Source: Octopus bimaculoides (lineage: Eukaryota). Taken from it: a DNA stretch of 54,973 bases. Of the stretch, positions 38,119-50,569 are shown in pieces. The stretch covers positions 46,895,640-46,950,612 of the forward strand of contig NC_068986.1 of assembly GCF_001194135.2 (NCBI RefSeq), read 5' to 3'. The notes under the pieces were generated by a model. The model was not told the origin of the DNA and did no database searches. It saw only the letters and a program-made list of their open reading frames with translations. The position numbers were made by a program, and so were the translations under genes. Each line of letters starts with the position of its first letter. The stretch's first letter is position 1.

Positions 38119-38857
38119 ATACATACATACATACATACATACATATTTTTCATAAACAAGTATGTTATTGACAGGGATTTTGAAATCCCTGCCAGGTTGA
38201 ACTGGCTGAATTTTCGAAGTCGCTGTCAATAATATTCTTATTTAAGAATATTAATTTTATACTCTAAAGATGTATAGAGTAACGTATCAAATTAGTGTAA
38301 AAATTTTTTTTTATTATAACTGAACATAAGAATAAACATTAGAATTTTTATTTTACTGCATTACATTCATCAGTCATATGCCTTTAGTGTTTTGTCAGTT
38401 AAACAATGTAAGGTTTGAGAAAAACTATTTTAAGCTGTGTCTAGGGCAACAGTTTGCCTTAACACGGCCAAACATATAATGGTTTATGAAAAAATACGAA
38501 ATATAATTTGAACCGATTAAAAGAATATTACTAACTTTTGGATGATTTTCAAGCAATTTTTAGCTAAATAGCAATTGTTTCGAAGATAATGGAGTAGAAG
38601 AGACCAAGTCTGCAGATCTATTTTGAAGCAACCAATGCAAGCATGGAATTCATTACTTGATATATTTGTACGGTTTTAATGAATTAATAGCTGGCAGGTT
38701 TACAACTTCTGAAGTTCTTGAAATGCCTATTTGAGTCTATCTATACGACCAAAACTTTCAGAAAATTGGTTTGCAGCTTGGTATGTAAATTGAAAATGAA
38801 TAACCCACTCAAGCGTAAGAGGCTATTCTCTTTCCTTCTCTCCCTCTCAGTTTCTCT

Positions 38858-38911
<54 letters not shown>

Positions 38912-40249
38912 NNNNNNNNNNNNNNNNNNNNNNNNNNNNNNNNNNNNNNNNNNNNNNNNNNNNNNNNNNNNNNNNNNNNNNNNNNNNNNNNNNNNNNNNN
39001 NNNNNNNNNNNNNNNNNNNNNNNNNNNNNNNNNNNNNNNNNNNNNNNNNNNNNNNNNNNNNNNNNNNNNNNNNNNNNNNNNNNNNNNNNNNNNNNNNNNN
39101 NNNNNNNNNNNNNNNNNNNNNNNNNNNNNNNNNNNNNNNNNNNTATATATATATATATGCACATGTTCAATTGTGTGTGTGTAATATTTCGGTTGATCCA
39201 GTTGTCCGTTACACTGCTGTTGTCTCAACGTCTAGCTGGTTCTCCAGACAATATATAATGAGAGTATGTGTGCATGTATGAGTGTATATGTATGTGTGGA
39301 TGATACATGTGTGTGTGTGTGTGTATGATTAGATTATTCTATATATGTATTAGTATATAAATGTGCATACGTACATGTGCGTGCGCGCGCGCGTGCATGT
39401 ATGTTGCAGACGTTTATCCGCTAGTAACAGGAAAATCGCTGTTGATGTCTATGATGTATTCCGATTATTACTGAAGATCGTCTCCCGATATTCACTCACA
39501 TCTGCATGGCATGATCTCCTCATACAGGGTTTAACATGGAACGATCTTGATACCAAGCCAGAAAATGAGGCGCTCTAGACAACATAACTTTTTCTTCTAG
39601 TGTACAATGATCAGAGATCAGAGAGAGATTATGTGCACTGTATCATCTACTGATAGATATAAGCACTTCAGGGACCTTGAGGCAGATTTAAGAAAAGTCC
39701 CTAAAATAAATTCGTTCTCTGTGCAGTTTTCGACAATTTCATTATGGCTTTCTATTCAGTACCACCTGTCCCCGTGTAGAAGATATTTTTTAATATTTCG
39801 AATATCTCTCGCTTCTTAAAAGTTTTCAGCGTTCTCTGTGAAGATGTAACAGAGCAGAAACTCTACAAGAGAAAACTTTTCCCCCTCTTTCCTTATTGGA
39901 ATAGATGTTAAACAAACCAAATTTTTTGTTCCTACATTGTTCATAACTTTCATTTATATTGTAATCAATAACATAAATTTCAGCTGGAATTCCCATCAGG
40001 TATCATTTTAATGGAAGTGTTTTCAACGTTCGGAAGCTCAAAACATCCATGCTTCACCTCAGCGTCAATATTCTAGTGATAACGTCATCAGGGAGTACAG
40101 TCCTGAAATCCTTAAGGTTAATTTTCACAGAAGTGCGAATGCATGGTTTAAAACTTATTATTTGAATAAACTGAAGCTAACGGCTTAATTTCAAATTCAT
40201 GACGTCTCTATTTTACAAGTAACTTATTTCTATGTAAAGGGGCATCTAT

Positions 40250-40470
40250 AATAAGGATACTCCCATATTCGAAAAATTTCAGATCATATTCGTCTTGTGC
40301 AAGCAGCCTTCGGTTGCAAAGGAAATAAGACATGCACTAAGTTCATGGTTTAGAAAGTGGCTATTCTAACAACCCTTTTATACGCCCGTGAAGCCCGGAC
40401 ATTTTAACGAAAAACAAAAAAATTTGAACCCTTTCATCAAGCATCTTGCATATACGCCCGCAATACCAAG
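40250..40470 (+). mobile_element. RTE LINE C-terminal fragment
   Basis: TKFMV*KVAILTTLLYAREARTF resembles RTE TKL.VY.A.VL.TLLY.CE.WT. Confidence 0.55.
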
Positions 40471-40949
40471 TTACATATAATAAAATTCATGATCAGATCA
40501 GGCTCAAAAGAAACTGATATCAGGAAAGAGAGAAAGCAGGAGTAAGGGAGGGAGACTAGCCTGTCAGTAGTTTGTGATTTTAGGTTCTTTCGACATAATT
40601 CAAATAACGCAGTTATAGTTTGATACTATTTGGTGTTCCTTTCAAGTTGCTGACACGGCACACAGCAGTAGAAGTATGAAGATATTCACATATATTTTCG
40701 TGTATCCATAAGCTACAGTTGACAATTTCTTCTTTATGAAAATTTTATGATTTCAGATTTTTAACTTGCTTTAAGCAAATATAAGGACTACCTTTTTAAA
40801 CCAAGGACACTTTTCAAATATGGTATTCTTACCTGGTTTGAAAATTATACATTATTATAAGTCCTTAAGTAAAAGGCTAAAACTCGTTTTGTTGTTTCTC
40901 ATAATCGATAATACTTCATCCTTGATATTTTTGCTATGAGTGAGGCGCC

Positions 40950-41620
40950 ATTTTAATCGAAATTTTAGCAGAAACTTCTCTCTTTTACTTATCACTGACT
41001 ATAGATTATTATTGGAAAATACAATGTCTTGAAGATCTTCAAAAAGCTTTCATTACATGAGGAACGTCACCCACAAGTAGATTGTTGGATATGTTATTTT
41101 GGTATGTGCTAGCTTTTGATATTTATAAGTATTCTTTCAGTCTTAAAGCAAGTTATTTTATACGGATTGAACATATGAGATATTTGCCCTTGGTAAATTT
41201 TCTAAGTAGAAAGTCTCTTATGAAAAAAATTTGAAAATACAATAAAGAAAAGGAAGTAGAGTTCAAGTATTCGGTTTGGCAATAATATTTTATTATAAAT
41301 GATTGCCAGCAGACATATTCTCAATATACGACACTTTTTCGGAAAGACAGCAAGTGATAGGATAGTTTAATATATTTCTTAGAGATATTTGGAATGAAAT
41401 CAACTTGGCAATCTTTACTGCTTGATTTTCCATAGCTGCAGGATTAGGTGAAGGTACACTTTATGAAGATGAAGGCTTCCTTATCCAATTTAGATGAATA
41501 GCTGAAGTTATGATAATATTAGTAGCTTTCAATATTGAAAACAACTTCTTTGATTCTAATCACTCGTCAGTTTCCTAACAGGATTTCTTCTCTGTAACAT
41601 GTATTTCGTTGTTATTTCTT
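40950..41620 (-). mobile_element. Heavily decayed LINE RT fragment (RTE/RTE-X-like)
   Basis: Minus frame RICLLAIIYNKILLPNRI resembles RGISL..I..KIYNK.LLNRI. The surrounding motifs are weak. Confidence 0.4.
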
Positions 41621-41830
41621 TATCTAAGTACCTAATTTAAGGAATCTAATATGGTGAAAATGTTTTCCTTTTACTGACCTCTCTTGCATGCTAGTTTAGC
41701 TTTGAATATTTGTTTAATAACATACCGATTCCTATTAGCTACTGAATTATTTTGATCAAAAGCTTTTGCAAGAGTTGGTACATTTCATTGTATTTCTGAC
41801 CTTACTAGAGTAGCCTGGCAACGATACAAG

Positions 41831-41878
<48 letters not shown>

Positions 41879-42586
41879 NNNNNNNNNNNNNNNNNNNNNN
41901 NNNNNNNNNNNNNNNNNNNNNNNNNNNNNNNNNNNNNNNNNNNNNNNNNNNNNNNNNNNNNNNNNNNNNNNNNTGTGTGTGTGATCGTTCGTTGGTTTCG
42001 ATACAAAAACGGGAAAACGCTATAACCTAAATATATGTATGCATATATTTACGCCTATCAGTATGTACACACATATGTGTGATTGAGTGTGTTTGTGGTG
42101 CAAATATGAATACATGTATTAAGGCTAAGCAGGAGACAGGGCTTAATTAAAGATGCAACCGTGTCAGACATATTTGTAAATATTACAAGGTAATTGTAAT
42201 TATAATACTATAAATAAATTAAATGAAATTATACCATTTACCTATTTTTATTTAGTTAGCCTTTTACTGGTTATTGGATTGTGTCTATACTTGATCATCG
42301 TCTTCGTTGGCTTAGGTGAACATATCAACCCTAGTAATTATTCTTTAAGTTTGGTATATATTTTGTTAATGTGTATTTGTCCAACCGCTCTGTTTAGTTA
42401 CATCAGCCATATATGTGTAAAACAACATAAAGGTAAACATACACTCACACATATTTATATATTTATATTTATGTATGTATGTATGTATGTATGTATGTAT
42501 GTATGTATGTATACATATATATATTCCATTTTGTATCTGGTTTGCCAGATTCTTCATGTGAATTCGTGTGTTGAAACAAATTTTGC

Positions 42587-42989
42587 TGTGTCTGGAGAGA
42601 GTCATACTCCTTAATATCTTACACACTCACCGATTCAATTTCCACTCATTTATTATTTATATTCTTTTCTTTTCCAAAATGTTTGTTGCTTTTGCAACCT
42701 TGTCAATGGATGTTGAGTCTATCCGTTATCAGAGCGGCTTTCCTTTTGTCTGTTTGTGCATATGTGTGTGCGCCAGCGTGCATGTGTGTTTGTACATATG
42801 TGCATACACAAGCACACGTGCGCACAGACAAAAGGAACGCAGGATCCGATAACAGACAGACTCAACATCCATTTACAAGGTTGCAAATGTAGCGAAAAGT
42901 TTGAAAAAGAAAAAATATAAATAATAAACGAATGGAAATTGAACCGGTGAATGTGTTAGATATTAAAGCAGTGTGACTCCCCAGACACA
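42587..42989. repeat. About 400-bp fold-back palindrome
   Basis: Arms at about 42587-42755 and 42820-42989 are reverse complements (tgtgtctgg...; tttgcaaccttgt.aatggatgttgagtct; ttccttttgtctgt). Confidence 0.85.
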
Positions 42990-43022
42990 AGAATATATAT
43001 TATATATATGCATACACAACAC

Positions 43023-43089
<67 letters not shown>

Positions 43090-44130
43090 NNNNNNNNNNN
43101 NNNNNNNNNNNNNNNNNNNNNNNNNNNNNNNNNNNNNNNNNNNNNNNNNNNNNNNNNNNNNNNNNNNNNNNNNNNNNNNNNNNNNNNNNNNNNNNNNNNN
43201 NNNNNNNNNNNNNNNNNNNNNNNNNNNNNNNNNNNNNNNNNNNNNNNNNNNNNNNNNNNNNNNNNNNNNNNNNNNNNNNNNNNNNNNNNNNNNNNNNNNN
43301 NNNNNNNNNNNNNNNNNNNNNNNNNNNNNNNNNNNNNNNNNNNNNNNNNNNNNNNNNNNNNNNNNNNNNNNNNNNNNNNNNNNNNNNNNNNNNNNNNNNN
43401 NNNNNNNNNNNATATATATATATATATATATACATATGCATTCATACATATGTGTGTATGTCTCTGTGCATATATGTATATGCACACGAAGGGATTTCAT
43501 ACACCTTCTGTCTACCAACTTTCAGTTAAGGCATTAATCCACTTCAGTCTATAGGGAAAGACACTTGCAGTGAGACGGAACCCAGAACCACAAGGTTTCA
43601 AAGTGATCATTTTAACTTGAACCTATATTACTGATAATTTTCTTTATCTATTTATTTTTGAGAACCCACAGCTCTCTTAATCAGCTACTAGACGTCGTTT
43701 ACTGGGACTACAGATTCAAGTCTATCCTTATGAACTTTTCACTTTTAAGGAAATAGGAATGCAATATATTGTTTTAAGATTTGTTAAAGCTTTACCAACG
43801 GAGTCATGCACTTTCAAAATAATATTATAGATAAATTATTTGCTTGATCTAGTTCCATAGTTAGTGGGTATTTTTACAGTAAATACCAACTCTGAAGACA
43901 GAAGAAGTGGCAAATGTATAGCAGAGTTTATAACGTTCAGAGATTGTTTTATCCAAAGACTGCACATTCAATACTGCCTATGTAGATTTCACACCATCTA
44001 AAAATTCGAATATTCCAACAAAATACAATTTTAGAAGAAAATATACATTTACAGTTCTCTTTAAACTTCCAATAATCTTACAACTTTCAAAGTAACCGTA
44101 AAATTACTACAGGCACTACAAGCATGCATA

Positions 44131-44175
<45 letters not shown>

Positions 44176-44181
44176 ATATAC

Positions 44182-44595
44182 TCTTTACTCTTTTTACTCT
44201 TTTACTTATTTCAGTCATTTGACTGCGGCCATGCTAGAGCACCGCCTTTAGTCGAGCAAATCGACCCCAGGACTTATTCTTTGGAAGCCTAGTACTTATT
44301 CTATCGGTCTCTTTTGCCGAACCGCTAGGTTACGGGGACCTAAACACACCAGCATTGGTTGTCAAGCGATGTTGGGGGACAAACACAGACACACAAACAC
44401 ATACATACACACATATATATATACATATATACGACGGGCTTCTTTCAGTTTCCATCTACCAAATCCACTCACAAGGCTTTGGTCGGCTCGAGGCTATAGT
44501 AGAAGACACTTGCCCAAGGTGCCACGCAGTGGGACTGAACCCGGAACCATGTGGTTGGTAAGAAAGCTACTTTCCACACAGCCACTCCTGCGCCT
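44182..44595 (-). mobile_element. Full-length young tRNA-derived SINE
   Basis: Head aggcgcaggagtggctgtgtgg...ggttccgggttcagtccc (pol III box-like), a CORE-like gcaccttgggcaagtgtctt, an internal (TA/TG) tract, and an (AAAAGAGT)n-type tail. Confidence 0.92.
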
Positions 44596-45098
44596 ATATA
44601 TATATCTTAGATCCTAGCAGGGTATAAAGGTAAGGGATTTCCAGAGAAGCATGCAGTCTTAGTTCTGGGCTATCAATACTACCGGATTCTCGACCAATAC
44701 CGAAATTCTCCTCGCGTAGAAAATTCGGGTTTTACAACAGTAATACCATTGTGTGGGTTTTGCAAATAGTAGATTATAATCCAAATAATGATAACACATC
44801 TTTAATGATTCGTTACAGTTGTTTCTGTACCAACTCTGCTTGCAACGCCAGTTTGCGCAAAAATTCGAAGTGAAAATTAACGTAATGTTTGCGGTTTTAG
44901 ACGTTAGAGTGGCGCTTCATCATACTTACATGGAAGGTACGCCTTTACATTGTGTATCTTCCAGACATTGTTTTTTTTTGTTTGTTTTGTGTTTTGTTTT
45001 GTTTTTGTTGGGGTGATTATATCGGGAGAAAAGAAAAAGTACATAAAAGTGCGGTTAGGGGTTGAATAATTAGTATAGAGATTATGTGGGGAGGATAA

Positions 45099-45497
45099 AG
45101 AAGAAGAAGAAGAAGAAGAATTAGAAGAAGAAGAAGAAGAAGAAGAAGAANNNNNNNNNNNNNNNNNNNNNNNNNNNNNNNNNNNNNNNNNNNNNNNNNN
45201 NNNNNNNNNNNNNNNNNNNNNNNNNNNNNNNNNNNNNNNNNNNNNNNNNNNNNNNNNNNNNNNNNNNNNNNNNNNNNNNNNNNNNNNNNNNNNNNNNNNN
45301 NNNNNNNNNNNNNNNNNNNNNNNNNNNNNNNNNNNNNNNNNNNNNNNNNNNNNNNNNNNNNNNNNNNNNNNNNNNNNNNNNNNNNNNNNNNNNNNNNNNN
45401 NNNNNNNNNNNNNNNNNNNNNNNNNNNNNNNNNNNNNNNNNNNNNGGGGGAGAGAAGAAGAAGAAGAAGAAGAAGAAGAAGAAGAAGAAGAAGAAGA
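45099..45497. repeat. (GAA)n microsatellite spanning an assembly gap
   Basis: GAA repeats lie on both sides of the N-run at 45151-45445. Confidence 0.9.
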
Positions 45498-45856
45498 AAA
45501 TGAAGAAGATTAATAAATGAGGAAAAGGCAATATATACAAATCAGTTTATCTTGACTAAAGATTTTCAGAGTGGTCAGTCAGTACAGCATTGTCACTGGT
45601 AACAAATTTCGTTTGATGGGTGAAAATTTATTTCAGCTTACCATATTCCCCAGCGACAACATTAAGTAGACAAAAGAGAAAGACGATGAAATCGATAACG
45701 ACGACAATTGCCAAGGGATAAAATTAATAATGATGATACTAGTGGTATGTGTGGCTTGTAGTAGGATGCCATAAACCACCTGCTAGCTAGCAGACTTATT
45801 CTGTGACCTTAGAATGTGTATGCAAGGGAAAAGGGGAAATTATTTGGATTATATAT

Positions 45857-45915
<59 letters not shown>

Positions 45916-46010
45916 TTAACGTCCACTCTCCATGCTGGCATGGGTTAGACGGTTTAACTGGAGTTAATGAGCCGGAGAGCTGCTCCAGGTTCCAGTCTCA
46001 TTTGGCATCG
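45857..46010 (-). mobile_element. Retroposon 3' end with (GAT)n tail
   Basis: (TCA)n tract directly joined to tttaacgtccactctccatgctggcatgggttagacgg..., an RTE-type short-repeat tail. Confidence 0.6.
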
Positions 46011-46029
46011 TTTCCAGCATTATGGGTTA

Positions 46030-46960
46030 CTGCAAATAGAATGGTTATGTTTTTTGTCTTCGCGTTATTGCGAAGGTCTTTCCGTAAGTCATGAATTAAG
46101 ATTTCGTTTGCCTTGGTTATGGCATGATCAACTAAGTTTTCAGGATATTTTTGTTTCTGAGGGACTATTTGTAGCTCTGCCAGTCATACTTCTCCTCTCG
46201 TGTACCAGATTCCGTAACCACTAACCATATACATTTTCCCATATTAAATAAACATTTCTTTTAATATGGGAATGGGGAAGTATCGGTGTATATCCATGTC
46301 CTTGAAGGAGAGATCGGTTGTAATAATCTCGTTTTCCTTAATTACCATAATGCCCAAAAAAGAAATTTCCTTTTATTCATTTCCATTATGAATTGTATTG
46401 ATTCATGAATGCTATTTATTAATTTCAGAAAGCTTATAATGTCTTTCTTGCTTCTGTTCCAAAACATGAAGTAGTCATCGAAGAATCTTTTCCAGTTATC
46501 CTTTAAACGGGGTTGGAAATGTTGATGAAAATTAATCCCGGATCGGACGTGGAATTTTCTTCAAGAAATTTCATCACTAGTATTGCAAACATGTGCGCAA
46601 TTGTTCTACCTGTTACCATTCTTCTTTATTGAAGGAAACATTGGTTATCAAATAAGTAGTTGTTTTCTCGCACAATTCGTAATCCTTCAATAAATTCTTT
46701 TGAGAACCTCTTCTGAATGAGAGACTGCCAATGGAAAATTCTACTGGTTCTAATCCGAATCCATAGGGGATATTTGTGTAGAGACTGGTCACTTCGAAAC
46801 TAAGACCATTTCTATAATTACTTTTTCTGGAACGTGGTTTAGGAATCTTTGTCATCTCTGATGAAACTAGGGACCAACTTGCATAATTGTTTCAAAATTA
46901 ATTGAAGCAGCTCTCCAGTAAATACCAATCTTAATGCAAAACATCTCAATCCATATATAT
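46030..46960 (-). mobile_element. Penelope-like reverse transcriptase remnant
   Basis: Minus frames give LSFEVTSLYTNIPYGFGLE, NWKRFFDDYFMFW, SIHESIQFIME..FLGIMVIK..TTDL and QKQKYPENLVDHAITKA. Confidence 0.85.
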
Positions 46961-47228
46961 CTGAGACAGTAATAGAAAATATTGGAGACGGAAAAAAAAT
47001 GTCTCAAAAGTTTTTTTTTTTTTGTTTTTTTTTTGAAATTCATTGAAATCTGTTTCATACTTGGATGTATCGTATCCTTAAATGACCATTTTTTAATGTC
47101 ACTTCTTAGTTGTTCACCTATCAATTCTTTCGGAAGAAAATCTTAACACAGACATAAGGAAATTAGAAAATTATATGTACAGTAGAACTTCGGTTTTCGA
47201 AGAATTCTGATCACGAATAAACCGTGCT

Positions 47229-47304
<76 letters not shown>

Positions 47305-48061
47305 CACGATTTATTTGCGATCAGAGTTGTTCGAAAACCGAGGTATTACTGTATTTATGTTTATATAATTCCTCTTAAGTTAAGCGTAGTCGCTTTTTAT
47401 ACACCGTATACAGATAATTCATGCACATTTATTTTGAAATCTAGTCTACTATTTAAAGTAGAGCATAAGCATTTTAAATTAAGTATAAATACAGGCATAA
47501 TTTGTGCAAGAGAATCAATAATGGAAATATAACCATTTACTGAAATGTTTCCTTTAAAACTCGCACATATTATTTTTAAGTCATACAGTATGCAATCTTG
47601 TGCCTCCATATTCTATTTATCATCTATAAATATCAGACCTTACTTTCTGTAAATAAAATAGCTCTAATTTGAATATTTGTTTAGATATAATCTATTGGAT
47701 TTTCTCTACTAGAATTTATAAGGCACGTCGCAAGCAAAGGTATTCATTTTCATCTGATATTTTCCGTTTTCTATACTGCATATCACATAACCATACTAGA
47801 TCCTGCATATTGATAAAATTTGTACCAATATATTTGTATGCGCTTACTATTTCTCAGACATAGCACGCTGTTTTTTTCTTCTTTGTTCATCTACTGATAA
47901 ATATAGTCAACAAAACAAAATTGGCTGGCGAAACCATTTCATGGAGATTCATATATATAATTCTAATTAACTCCACGCCTCCACATTTATACTCATATAT
48001 ATANNNNNNNNNNNNNNNNNNNNNNNNNNNNNNNNNNNNNNNNNNNNNNNNNNNNNNATAT

Positions 48062-48121
48062 ATATACAGAGACAGACAGACAGACTGACAGACATAGAGA
48101 TAGACAGACAGTCAGACAGAC

Positions 48122-48172
<51 letters not shown>
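48062..48172. repeat. (GACA)n/(GATA)n compound microsatellite
   Basis: Directly visible tandem repeats. Confidence 0.95.
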
Positions 48173-48173
<1 letters not shown>

Positions 48174-48335
48174 GTGTTCTTTAAGTTCGTTTACGGAAAA
48201 CATTTTGAATATACATATAAAAGCTTCTATTCTATTACGCCGGCTACAGCTTAATGATGCCAACTGGCAATATCAGTTTTTTGGAGTTGCACCGAGCTAT
48301 GCCGTCATAATGTAGGATAAATATAGTAATAATAA

Positions 48336-48653
48336 TCTTTGGATGGAATTTATGAATATTTTGATGCATCCCTAAGCGAGCGTTTCCACAAATCGCATGT
48401 TTCTTAAGATCATAGTCCGTATTCCTGAGATGATTACAATGCAGTCTGTAGTATCTATGGACATCGGGTAGATCATGTTCATGCATTCATATTGTCCGGA
48501 GAAATAAATGCATGAACATGATCTACTCGATGTTCTTGGATATTACGGATTGTATTGTAATCATCCCAGGAATACGGACTATGATCTTAAGAAACATGCG
48601 ATTTATGGAAACGCACGTATCGATGCATTAAAATATTTATAAATTCCATCCAA

Positions 48654-48655
<2 letters not shown>
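48336..48655. repeat. 320-bp near-perfect hairpin (fold-back/MITE-like)
   Basis: Arms at 48336-48490 and 48504-48655 with a 13-nt loop. They include a perfect stretch of more than 35 bp (aaatcgcatgtttcttaagatcatagtccgtattcctg). Flanked by (TAA)n and (TA)n. Confidence 0.92.
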
Positions 48656-48715
<60 letters not shown>

Positions 48716-49069
48716 ATAGAAAAGGTAAGACAACAAAAGAAAGAAAGACCTCGATATTATGTAAATAGAGGAATCTAGCTGTAAATAAGATGTGACAATT
48801 ACTCACTAGCCATGATAAAACTCCGAGTTTCGAATGCCGGGGTGGAAACCCACGCCGCCTTCTCTTCAGTTATCTGACCATCGAAGAATGCTATGAAAAT
48901 GACTGTTAAACAAAGGGAAATTACTGTGTGGTTGACCGTTATTAAGACAAAAGAGCTATTAGAATGACCTCTGAGGGGAGGGAGTAAAGGAGTAAAAATG
49001 TCCATAGTATTTGCGTAAGCGCACCAGTTCATACATACACATGCGCGCCCGCACACCTACGTACATGCG

Positions 49070-49112
<43 letters not shown>

Positions 49113-49231
49113 TCATCCACCCTCCCTTGAAACACTCACGTACCCACGCATTCGCCAAATATGCATGTATGTATGTGTATGTGTGTATTAACGTATGTAT
49201 TATGTACGTACGTACGTGCGTACGTATGTAT

Positions 49232-49313
49232 GTCTCTTCTATTTATTTAATTATTATAAATCTTCCACTGAGGAGGGAGCCGATTTCCAGCAAACATACA
49301 AGGTCCCATCTTT
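49232..49313 (-). mobile_element. R4/Dong-like 3' terminal fragment (copy E)
   Basis: Reverse complement aaagatgggacc...tttgctggaaatcggctccctcctcagtggaag...aatagaagagac|atacatac matches the 3' ends of copies B and D. (CATA)n lies on both sides. Confidence 0.8.
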
Positions 49314-49346
49314 GTATGTATGTGTGTGTGTATGTATGTATGTAAG

Positions 49347-49380
<34 letters not shown>

Positions 49381-49444
49381 TGTATGTATGTATGTATGGA
49401 TACGTATATATGAACATATTCAGTAGTCAGCCGGAATGTTTCTG

Positions 49445-49870
49445 AAGAATGAAGGATGACTTTCCGCTACAACAAGAATGTAAAGTGAAGTCTACAGTGT
49501 ATGAAGTAACCATTACACCAGTTGAAACCTGTTAAACAGGCGAAAATATGTAAGTATCATACAATACCATTTTAAGCAACGGTAGTTCTCAGATATAGTG
49601 TCCTTTAAACATCCAGAAAAGTGGACAAAACAAACCCTTGAGAAGCGAGTCTGGGAGAAAAAGAAAGACCATGTAACATTAAACGGAAATTTCTGAATAA
49701 TTTAAGGCCTATGTCAGAAGATCAAAGAGATGCGCTCTTTCACTAATTGAGATATTCTGGATGATATAATGATTAAAATCCAATAATATATGCCTGATCA
49801 GTAAGAATGAGATCTTCAAAGGTTGCTTGCACATGAAGTCAGGCCTCCTACCTGAAGGAAAATATAGTAG
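49445..49870 (+). mobile_element. Penelope-like (Neptune-type) GIY-YIG endonuclease remnant
   Basis: PLQQECKVKSTVYEVTITP, FKQR...SFKHPEK..LEKRVWEKK, then ISKNEIFKGCLH, fitting CPL...C....VY / FK.R...SF / W / C.H. Confidence 0.7.
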
Positions 49871-50232
49871 AATAGCCACACGACTTCAACAACCAACCAA
49901 TACCTACCCACCTTAATCAACTACGTGAAGTATTTCTACACACACACACACACGCACGCACGCATGCACGCACACACTCATATACATATCAGCCTATACT
50001 CAAAACAATTTACAAATATGTAACAATGATAACAGAAGGACACATACAAAGTATGCATACAAACTGCATAGGCACATACACACACAAAATAAACAAGCAA
50101 CCGGACAGCAGAACAACTCACCAATCAGCATCTTCAAACTAACAATATTTTAATAAGAAATTTTCACCTAAATTTAAAAGGTGTCCCTTTGAATCACGTG
50201 ATTTCATGCTAACATCGCCATCTTACTTGAGG

Positions 50233-50257
50233 CTGATGAGAGATCCATAAGAAACGC
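50233..50257 (+). ncRNA. Hammerhead-like core remnant in PLE pLTR
   Basis: CUGAUGA at 50233-50239 and GAAAC at 50251-50255 are retained, but stem II is decayed. Confidence 0.3.
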
Positions 50258-50569
50258 ATTAAATAATTGTTTAAAAATACGGGGTTCGAAACCTAAGTTA
50301 CTCCTAAGTGTGCCGATAGATTATATTGATAATAGTATTCAGTTCTAGTGACCCCTTTAGAGTGGTCTTCTTTCGCTTTTCATTTTCTTTAGAAACTTTC
50401 GAACTACCTATATATATATATATATATAGGCATTAATATTGGGTCATCTCATAAATAAGGCAGTATTTTTTATACTTCTTTTATTTTTCAAAATTAAGAT
50501 AAAGTTCTTTTTCGATCTGAAAAGTTCTTTTTCGATCCTTCAAGTTCTACAGTGATCGTCCATCTATCA

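Noticed and set aside
40060-40100. Minus-strand CCCTGATGACG as a hammerhead
   Set aside because: There is no properly placed GAAA or stem III.
47713-47739. 27-nt candidate exon (IYKARRKQ)
   Set aside because: The donor (gtattc) is weak and such a match is expected by chance.
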